A DNA stretch of 64,000 nt from Anaeramoeba ignava BMAN (taxonomy: Eukaryota; Protista; Anaeramoebae). The notes beneath the pieces are model-generated. The model worked only from the letters and a program-made list of their open reading frames with translations, was not told where the DNA came from and searched no databases. The position numbers and the translations under genes are program-made. This document shows, one piece after another, positions 52,329 to 61,626 of this stretch (positions are counted from its first letter, which is position 1; each line of letters starts with the position of its first letter). The DNA is taken from assembly GCA_028826165.1 (NCBI GenBank), contig JAPDFW010000119.1, forward strand, positions 105,526 to 169,525. Direction: 5' to 3'.

Positions 52329-53403
52329 TTAATTTTTCTCAGTTTCATTTTTGCCAACATATTCAAATTCTAAAAATTCTCTTTGATAAGCATTTAAAAT
52401 TATAAAACCTTGTCTTCTAAAAGCAGAACGATAACATCTTCTTGCATAATCTTTGTTTTCTTTATTATTCTTAGTTTCCATATCAATCATACTTTTTTCA
52501 ATTACAAGAACATCTCTTTTTTTCATTCCAAGATTATTCCAACTGAAATCTTGTTTGATTTGAATTTTTTTGTTATTTCTCAAAATGTAAACGTGTTTTG
52601 TTCCGTATTTAAGTGCATTTTCTTTGATTCTTCGGATTGGTTTAGTTTCTCCTCTTGGTTTTTTTCCTGTGTTTGATTTTTTGGGAATTTCTTTTTGGAG
52701 ATCGTTTGGTTTTTTTCTTTTTTCTCGATTTTTTTTTGGAATTTTTGTTTCATTTGTTTCTTTTGCTTCATTTGTTTCTTTTGTTTCATTTGTTTCATTT
52801 TTGTTATTTGAATTTCTTGTAGTTCTTTTATTAGTATTGTTATTATTTTGTGAATTTCTTGAATTTCTTGTAGTTCTTTTATTATTTGGTGAATTTCTTG
52901 AATTTCTTGTATTTGGAAAATTTTTTGGATTTTTTTCTTCTTCTTCTTTTTTTTCTTCTTCTTTTTTTTCTTCTTCTTTTTTTTCTTCTTCTTTTTTCTT
53001 CTTTTTCTTCTTCTTTTTTTTCTTCATATTTGGGCAAAGCAAAATTTTCTAAATCATTTGAATCAGTTAAATCTGATAATCCTAAAAAATAATCCAAATC
53101 AGGATCTCTCAAATTATTGAAAGATTCGCGATCCATCAAAACATCTTCATCATCTAAAACAACAGAAAGATCCAATTCACTTGATTGTTTTAGTTCCGCT
53201 TTTCTTTGTTCTTCTCTTTTTTTGTTCTGTTCGAATCGTAAATTTGTTACATCAGAAAGAAACCATTTTGTAAATTGATCTGTTGGTGTTTCTTTTGGAA
53301 TGTTCAATTCAGTTTTTTTTTTTGTTTCTTCATTTACTTCAAAAATCACATCTCTTTCTATTTCTTCTAAATAAAAATTTGTTCCTTCAAAATTTAATTC
53401 CAT
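52329..53403 (-). CDS. Hypothetical protein: acidic N-terminus, K/E and TRNS/ETN repeats, basic C-terminal globular domain; frameshift in the KKEEE repeat at ~53000
   Basis: ORFs 52882-53403 and 52329-53042 overlap in a purine repeat. No recognised family. Confidence 0.6.
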
Positions 53404-54289
53404 TTTGTTCTATTTTTTTTTAAAAATTTAAAATTATTTTTTAAATTAAATTTAATTAAAATAAATTAAAAAAAAATTTTTTTTTACTTATTAAAAAAAA
53501 AAGGACTTTTTGTTTTAAAAACAAAATAAAGCAAAAAAATAAAAATAATAAATGAAATAAAAATAAAAAGAATTAAATGGAAAATTAAAAGAAAGTAAAA
53601 AAAAATGGAAGGAAAAAAATGAATAAAAAAAAAAGAAGAATTCTTTTTATTCTTTTTTTTATTTTTTTTTTTTAATTAAATTTAATTAATTTCGGACAAT
53701 TCATTTTCTTTTTTATATTCGATCTCTTTTAAACAATCTTAAGTTAATTTAATTCACTTTTCTATTCTTTTAACTTTTCAAAAGCGATCATAGTTTGTTT
53801 GATAATGAAATCTTGATTTTTTTTTTAATTTTTAATTTTTAATTTTTAAATTAAACTCGACAACTTTTTTTTTTTTAATTAAATTTTCTTTTTAATTTTT
53901 ATTTTTATTTTTTAATTTTTTTTGCTTTTTTTTTATTTAATTGATCAATTAATTTTTATTTATTTTTCTTTATTCTTTTTCTTTTTAAAATTAAAAGCAA
54001 ATCAATTAAATATTTTTTTCCATTTTTTTTTTTTTTTTTGAATTATCTTCTTTTTTGGTCTTTTCCTTCTTTTTTTAAGTTTTAAATTTTTTTTTAAAAA
54101 CAATAAAAAAAAAAAAAAAAAAAAAAAAAAGTCCACTTATAAATTATTTAGGATCCAGTTATTTTTAATTAATAAATAAATCCACCTCATTAAATCCTTT
54201 ATTTTTTATTTTAATTTATTTTTTATTTTAATTTAAATAAGAATTTATTTTCCAAAAAAATTTTTCTCCTTTTTTTCTTTTTAAAAATT

Positions 54290-55620
54290 ATTAATAAACT
54301 TATTTCAAAATTTAATATAAAAATAATCAAAATTAATAATAAAAATCAATTTAAATTAATAAATAGAAATGATCTAATAAAATAATATAAATTAAATATT
54401 AATTTATTTTGTTTATAAAATTAATAAATAATTTATATTATTTAATAAACTTATTTCAAAATTTAATATAAAAATATTCAAAATTAATAATAAAAATCAA
54501 TTTAAATTAATAAATAGAAATAGTCTAATAAAATAATATAAATTAAATATTAATTCATTTTGTTTATAAAATTAATAAATAATTTATATTATTTAATAAA
54601 CTTATTTCAAAAATTTAACATAAAAATAATCAAAATTAATAATAAAAATCAATTTAAATTAATAAATAGGAATAATCTAATAAAATAATATAAATTAAAT
54701 ATTAATTTATTTTGTTTATAAAATTAATAAATAATTTATATTATTTAATAAACTTATTTCTAAAATTTAATATAAAAATAATCAAAATTAATAATAAAAA
54801 TCAATTTAAATTAATAAATAGGAATAATCTAATAAAATAATATAAATTAAATATTAATTCATTTTGTTTATAAAATTAATAAATAATTTATATTATTTAA
54901 TAAACTTATTTCAAAAATTTAATATAAAAATAATCAAAATTAATAATAAAAATCAACTTAAATTAATAAATAGAAATAGTCTAATAAAAATAATATAAAT
55001 TAAATATTAATTCATTTTGTTTATAAAATTAATAAATAATTTATATTATTTAATAAACTTATTTCAAAATTTAATATAAAAATAATCAAAATTAATAATA
55101 AAAATCAATTTAAATTAATAAATAGAAATAATCTAATAAAATAATATAAATTAAATATTAATTCATTTTTGTTTATAAAATTAATAAATAATTTATATTA
55201 TTTAATAAACTTATTTCAAAAATTTAACATAAAAATAATCAAAATTAATAATAAAAATTAATTTAAATTAATAAATAGGAATGATCTAATAAAATAATAT
55301 AAATTAAATATTAATTCATTTTTGTTTATAAAATTAATAAATAATTTATATTATTTAATAAACTTATTTCAAAATTTAACATAAAAATAATCAAAATTAA
55401 TAATAAAAATTAATTTAAATTAATAAATAGGAATAATCTAATAAAATAATATAAATTAAATATTAATTCATTTTGTTTATAAAATTAATAAATAATTTAT
55501 ATTATTTAATAAACTTATTTCAAAATTTAACATAAAAATAATCAAAATTAATAATAAAAATTAATTTAAATTAATAAATAGAAATGATCTAATAAAATAA
55601 TATAAATTAAATATTAATTT
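54290..55620. repeat. Tandem satellite, ~9 copies of a ~152-bp AT-rich unit
   Basis: Anchor aaacttatttc (position of the first C) at 54299, 54450, 54601, 54753, 54905, 55058, 55210, 55363 and 55514. Confidence 0.92.
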
Positions 55621-55661
55621 TTTTCTTAAATTTTTTTTCATTTTTTTTTTCATTTTTTATT

Positions 55662-55904
55662 ATGTCTTTCTTATTCCTTAAACTTTTTACAAAACCACAA
55701 GAAATGGAAATTGATTGGGATTGTCCTTGTGTAAAATATTTAACAGAAGGTCCTTGTGGAAAAATTTTCAAACAATCTTTTGAATGTTATACAAAAAGTC
55801 ATTCAAAACCAAAAGGAAAAGAATGTATTGATTTATTTATCAATTTACAAACATGTTTAACAAAAAATGCTTCTTATTATGAAAAAAAAAAAAAGAATTT
55901 ATAA
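55662..55904 (+). CDS. MIA40: Mia40/CHCHD4 intermembrane-space oxidoreductase, minimal 80-aa form
   Basis: EIDWDCPC followed by twin CX9C (CGKIFKQSFEC, CIDLFINLQTC), with GPC and PKGxEC. Confidence 0.93.
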   Translation: MSFLFLKLFTKPQEMEIDWDCPCVKYLTEGPCGKIFKQSFECYTKSHSKPKGKECIDLFINLQTCLTKNASYYEKKKKNL

Positions 55905-56039
55905 TTTTTGATTAATCAAATAAATCTTTCTTTTCTTTTTTTTTTTGAGTTATTCCGTTCAAAATTTTCATTTTTGGATTCTTTCTTTTTTTTTTCTTCT
56001 TTTTTTCCAATTCTTCCTTTGATTCAGTTCGTTTGAATA

Positions 56040-56125
56040 AATCCAAAACTTTTCAAAAATAAATCAAATGAAATAACAAAACCAATTCAATTTAAATCCG
56101 AAAATCAAAATCAAAATCAAAATTA
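56040..56125 (+). pseudogene. Remnant of the 5' end of an RCC1-BTB paralog
   Basis: Reads NPKLFKNKSNEITKPIQFKSENQNQN, matching paralog N-termini (LFKNESDMITKPIQFKFENEN). No ATG; runs into a microsatellite. Confidence 0.65.
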
Positions 56126-57110
56126 AAATTAAAATCAAAATTAAAATTAAAAACAAAATTAAAATTAAAATTAAAATTAAAATTAAAATCAAAATTAAAA
56201 TTAAAATTAAAATTAAAATTAAAATTAAAATTAAAATTAAAATCAAAATTAAAATTAAAATTAAAATTAAAATCAAAATTAAAATCAAAATTAAAATTAA
56301 AAATTAAAATTAAATTTAAAATTAAAATTAAAATTAAAATCAAAATTAAAATTAAAATTAAAATTAAAATTCAAAATCAAAATCAAAATTAAAATTAAAA
56401 TTAAAATTAAAATTAAAATTAAAATTAAAATTAAAATTAAAATTAAAATTAAAATCAAAATTAAAATTAAAATTAAAATTAAAATCAAAATCAAAATCAA
56501 AATTAAAATTAAAATCAAAATTAAAATTAAAATTAAAATTAAAATTAAAATCAAAATTAAAAATCAAAATTAAAATCAAAATCAAAATCAAAATTAAAAT
56601 CAAAATCAAAATCAAAATCAAAATTAAAATTAAAATTAAAATTAAAATTAAAATTAAAATCAAAATTAAAATTAAAATCAAAATCAAAATCAAAATCAAA
56701 ATTAAAATTAAAATTATAATTTAAAATTAATATTAAAATTAAAATTAATATTAAAATTAAAATTAAAATTAAAATTAAAATCAAAATTAAAATCAAAATC
56801 AAAATTAAAATCAAAATTAAAATTAAAATTAAAGTTAAAATCAAAATCGAAATTAAAATTAAAATCAAAATCAAAATCAAAATCAAAATCAAAATAAAAA
56901 TCAAAATCAAAATTAAAATTAAAATCAAAATCAAAATCAAAATCAAAATTAAAATTAAAATTAAAATAAAAATTAAAATAAAAATCAAAATTAAAATTAA
57001 AATTAAAATTAAAATTAAAATTAAAATTAAAATCAAAATTAAAATCAAAATTAAAATAAAAATTTAAATCAAAATTAAAATTAAAATTAAAATCAAAATT
57101 AAAGTTAAAA
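56100..57110. repeat. (AAATTA/AAATCA)n microsatellite, the dominant intronic and intergenic repeat of the window
   Basis: Seen directly; the same repeat occurs in many introns at 1-6 kb, 23.6 kb, 36-39 kb and 45-49 kb. Confidence 0.95.
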
Positions 57111-57317
57111 TAAAAAATCCAAAAAAATTGTTTTAATAAAATATTTCCTTAATTGATTGAAAAAAAAAACATGAATCAGCAAAGAAAAAGATGGTAAAAA
57201 GAATTAAAAAAAAGATTAAATGATCCAATTTTAAAAAAAAAATCAAAATAAAAAAATTTTTTCCATTTTTTTTCTTTTTAAAAAAAAATTAAATCATTAA
57301 TAAAATTAATAAAGAAA

Positions 57318-59096
57318 ATGAATGATTGTTTATTTTTTGGTGAAAATAAATATACAATTCATATCAAAAATGAACCAAATGAAATAATAAAACCAACTCA
57401 ATTTAAATTCGAAAATGAAAATGAAAATGAAAAGCAAATTAAACAAATTTCATCAGGAGGTTTTTCAACATTTTTCCTTTTTAAAAATAGAAAAGCAATA
57501 GAATATTTACATGAAAATCCTCAAAAAATCCAAATTGAAGAAAATATTCAAAAAGTAACTGTTGGCTCTTATGTTGAAGCTATTTTAACAATAGAAGGAA
57601 ATGTATTTGCAAAAGGAATATATATTAATTCAAAAAATCCAAAAGAATTTATTAATATTTCATCATTAATTAAAGATATAAATGATAGAATAATTCAAGA
57701 TGTTGTTTCTGGATACAATTCAATTTACTTATTAACTTCAAATCAAAATGCTTATGGAATTGGTCCAAATGATTTTGGTCAACTTGGTTTTAATTCATAT
57801 GTAAATCATGAAACAGAAAAACCAATTTTAATGATGAAAAATGTTTCTAAAATATTTTCAGGAAATAATTCACTTTCTGTTTTTCTTTTAAATTCAAATC
57901 AAAAATTATTTGGATGCGGGAATAATGCTTATGGCCGACTTGGATTAGGAGAATCAAGAAAAGAAGAAAAAATCCAAAAATTAACCAAAATCCAAAATAT
58001 TCCAAAAGGCAAAATAATTGATATTCAAATTGGATGGGCTCATTCAATAATGTTGATTGAAAATGAAAATCAAAATGAAAATCCAAAAAGAAAACTTTAT
58101 TCATGTGGCTATTATGAATATAATGGACTTGGCAAAACTGAAGATACTTATGAATTTACTGAAATCAAATCATCTTTATTTGAAAATGATAATATTCTTG
58201 AAATTTCTGTTGGAAATCGACATACTTTGATTTTAACTTCCAATTCAAAACTGATTGGATTTGGATATAATTTATATGGTGAATTAGGAACTGGAAATAC
58301 AGAAAAAGATCAATCAATTCCAATTCAAATTGAACTTCCTAAATTAAGATTTAATGAAGATATTTCCAATTACCATCTTTCTTGTGGATCTCAAAAATCA
58401 TTTCTTTATTACTCTCATCCTTCTTTTTCCAATCTTGAAGAAGATTTGATAAAATTATTTAGAAGAAAAGAATTTTGTGATATTTCATTTAAAACAGAAA
58501 ATGGAGAAATAATTGAAGCTCATAAATTAATATTAAAATATAGATTAAATCAAATTGAAAATCAAATTGAAAAACTTGAAGAAATTATTTCAAAAAAATC
58601 AATTAAAGAATCAAATCAAATATTTGAAATGATTTATTCAAACAAAATAATAAATCCAAAATTATATTCTGAAATTAAAGAAATTATAAATTTAAATGAA
58701 AAAATTGAAGAAACAATGAAAAGAATTTATTTAAATGAAAATGAAAATGAAAAAGATTTTATAATTGAAAGAAAAGAAAAACAATATAAATTTCCTAAAT
58801 TAATATTAATAATGAGAAGTGAATTATATCGAGGAATGTTTTTATCTGTAACTGAAGATAAATCTAATAAAGTTACAGATTATAGTGAATTAAGTAATAA
58901 ATCATTTCAAATATTTGAATATTGGATTTATTCAAATCAAGTTAAAGAAGAAATTGAAATTACACAAGAAATTATTGATGAAATTCAAATAGGAATTGAT
59001 TATTTTCAATTAAATCAAACATATCCAAATTTATTTGATTTATTAATTAACAAATTTAATAATCAAAATCCAAATCAAAAATGCTTAATCTTCTAA
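57318..59096 (+). CDS. RCC1-repeat plus tandem BTB protein, paralog 4, CaaX (CLIF)
   Basis: Intact 592-aa ORF. Confidence 0.92.
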   Translation: MNDCLFFGENKYTIHIKNEPNEIIKPTQFKFENENENEKQIKQISSGGFSTFFLFKNRKAIEYLHENPQKIQIEENIQKVTVGSYVEAILTIEGNVFAKGIYINSKNPKEFINISSLIKDINDRIIQDVVSGYNSIYLLTSNQNAYGIGPNDFGQLGFNSYVNHETEKPILMMKNVSKIFSGNNSLSVFLLNSNQKLFGCGNNAYGRLGLGESRKEEKIQKLTKIQNIPKGKIIDIQIGWAHSIMLIENENQNENPKRKLYSCGYYEYNGLGKTEDTYEFTEIKSSLFENDNILEISVGNRHTLILTSNSKLIGFGYNLYGELGTGNTEKDQSIPIQIELPKLRFNEDISNYHLSCGSQKSFLYYSHPSFSNLEEDLIKLFRRKEFCDISFKTENGEIIEAHKLILKYRLNQIENQIEKLEEIISKKSIKESNQIFEMIYSNKIINPKLYSEIKEIINLNEKIEETMKRIYLNENENEKDFIIERKEKQYKFPKLILIMRSELYRGMFLSVTEDKSNKVTDYSELSNKSFQIFEYWIYSNQVKEEIEITQEIIDEIQIGIDYFQLNQTYPNLFDLLINKFNNQNPNQKCLIF

Positions 59097-59583
59097 ATCA
59101 AAATCAAAATCATAAATTAAAATTAAAGTTAAAATTAAAATTAAAATTAAAATCAAAATCAAAATTAAAATTAAATTCAAAATTAAAATTTAAAATTAAA
59201 ATTAAAATCAAAATTAAAATTAAAATCAAAATCAAAATTAAAATTAAAATTAAAATTAAAATTAAAATCAAAATCAAAATTAATATTAAAATTATAATTT
59301 AAAATTAAAATTAAAATTAAAATAAAAATTAAAATCAAAATTAAAATTAAAATCAAAATCAAAATTAAAGTTAAAATAAAAAATCCAAAAAAATTGTTTT
59401 AATAAAATATTTCCTTAATTGATTGAAAAAAAAAACATGAATCAGCAAAGAAAAAGATGGTAAAAAGAATTAAAAAAAAGATTAAATGATCCAATTTTAA
59501 AAAAAAAATCAAAATAAAAAAATTTTTTCCATTTTTTTTCTTTTTAAAAAAAAATTAAATCATTAATAAAATTAATAAAGAAA

Positions 59584-61386
59584 ATGAATGATTGTTTATT
59601 TTTTGGTGAAAATAAATATACAATTCATATCAAAAATGAACCAAATGAAATAATAAAACCAACTCAATTTAAATTCGAAAATGAAAATGAAAATGAAAAT
59701 GAAAATGAAAATGAAAAACAAATTAAACAAATTTCATCAGGAAACATTTCAACATTTTTCCTTTTTAAAAATGGAAAAGCAATAGAATATTTACATGAAA
59801 ATCCTCAAAAAATCCAAATTGAAGAAAATATTCAAAAAGTAACTGTTGGTGCTCTTAATCAAGCTATTTTAACAAAAGAAGGAAATGTATTTGCAAAAGG
59901 AAGATATATTAATTCAAAAAATCCAAAAGAATTTATTAATATTTCATCATTAATTAAAGATATAAATGATAGAATAATTCAAGATATTGTTTCTGGATAC
60001 AATTCAATTTACTTATTAACTTCAAATCAAAATGCTTATGGAATTGGTCCAAATGATTTTGGTCAACTTGGTTTTAATTCATATGTAAATCATGAAACAG
60101 AAAAACCAATTTTAATGATGAAAAATGTTTCTAAAATATTTTCAGGAAATAATTCACTTTCTGTTTTTCTTTTAAATTCAAATCAAAAATTATTTGGATG
60201 CGGGAATAACGAATGTGGCCAACTTGGATTAGGAGAATCAAGAAAAGAAAGAATAATACAAGAATTAACCAAAATCCAAAATATTCCAAAAGGCAAAATA
60301 ATTGATATTCAAATTGGATGGACTCATTCAATAATGTTGATTGAAAATGAAAATCAAAATGAAAATCCAAAAAGAAAACTTTATTCATGTGGAGATTCTC
60401 TATCTAATGGACTTGGCAAAGAATACAGAGAAGATACTTATGAATTTACTGAAATCAAATCATCTTTATTTGAAAATGATAATATTCTTGAAATTTCTGT
60501 TGGAGATCGACATACTTTGATTTTAACTTCCAATTCAAAACTGATTGGATTTGGATATAATTTATATGGTGAATTAGGAACTGGAAATACAGAAAAAGAT
60601 CAATCAATTCCAATTCAAATTGAACTTCCTAAATTAAGATTTAATGAAGATATTTCCAATTATCATGTTTCTTGTGGATCTCAAAAATCATTTCTTTATT
60701 ACTCTCATCCTTCTTTTTCCAATCTTGAAGAAGATTTGATAAAATTATTTAGAAGAAAAGAATTTTGTGATATTTCATTTAAAACAGAAAATGGAGAAAT
60801 AATTGAAGCTCATAAATTAATATTAAAATATAGATTAAATCAAAATGAAAATGAAAAACTTGAAGAAATTATTTCAAAAAAATCAATTAAAGAATCAAAT
60901 CAAATATTTGAAATGATTTATTCAAACAGAATAATAAATCCAAAATTATATTCTGAAATTAAAGAAATTATAAATTTAAATGAAAAAATAGAAGAAACAA
61001 TGAAAAGAATTTATTTAAATGAAAATGAAAATGAAAATGAAAAAGATTTTATAATTGAAAGAAAAGAAAAACAATATAAATTCCCTAAATTAATATTAAT
61101 AATGAGAAGTGAATTATATCGAGGAATGTTTTTATCTGTAACTGAAGATAAATCTAATAAAGTTACAGATTATAGTGAATTAAGTAATAAATCATTTCAA
61201 ATATTTGAATATTGGATTTATTCAAATCAAATTAAAGAAGAAATTGAAATTACACAAGAAATTATTGATGAAATTCAAATAGGAATTGATTATTTTCAAT
61301 TAAATCAAACATATCCAAATTTATTTGATTTATTAATTAACAAATTTAATAATCAAAATTCAAATCAAAAATGCTTAATCTTCTAA
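59584..61386 (+). CDS. RCC1-repeat plus tandem BTB protein, paralog 5, CaaX (CLIF); recent tandem duplicate of paralog 4
   Basis: Intact 600-aa ORF; the upstream ~220 bp is nearly identical to that of paralog 4 (period ~2266 bp). Confidence 0.92.
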   Translation: MNDCLFFGENKYTIHIKNEPNEIIKPTQFKFENENENENENENEKQIKQISSGNISTFFLFKNGKAIEYLHENPQKIQIEENIQKVTVGALNQAILTKEGNVFAKGRYINSKNPKEFINISSLIKDINDRIIQDIVSGYNSIYLLTSNQNAYGIGPNDFGQLGFNSYVNHETEKPILMMKNVSKIFSGNNSLSVFLLNSNQKLFGCGNNECGQLGLGESRKERIIQELTKIQNIPKGKIIDIQIGWTHSIMLIENENQNENPKRKLYSCGDSLSNGLGKEYREDTYEFTEIKSSLFENDNILEISVGDRHTLILTSNSKLIGFGYNLYGELGTGNTEKDQSIPIQIELPKLRFNEDISNYHVSCGSQKSFLYYSHPSFSNLEEDLIKLFRRKEFCDISFKTENGEIIEAHKLILKYRLNQNENEKLEEIISKKSIKESNQIFEMIYSNRIINPKLYSEIKEIINLNEKIEETMKRIYLNENENENEKDFIIERKEKQYKFPKLILIMRSELYRGMFLSVTEDKSNKVTDYSELSNKSFQIFEYWIYSNQIKEEIEITQEIIDEIQIGIDYFQLNQTYPNLFDLLINKFNNQNSNQKCLIF

Positions 61387-61626
61387 ATCAAAATCAAAAT
61401 CATAAATCAAAATTAAAGTTAAAATTAAAATCAAAGTTAAAATCAATTTCATTCTATTTTCTTTCAACATTTTTTTTGAGAAGAAACTTAAAAATAAGCA
61501 AAAAATAAAAAGAAAAAAGAAAATTAAAATTTTGTTTTTGGTTTTTTGTTTTTCATTTCAATCGGAAAGAAGTCAAAAAAAATTCAAAAAAAATCAAAAA
61601 GAAAAAAGAAAAAAGTGAGAGAGAAA

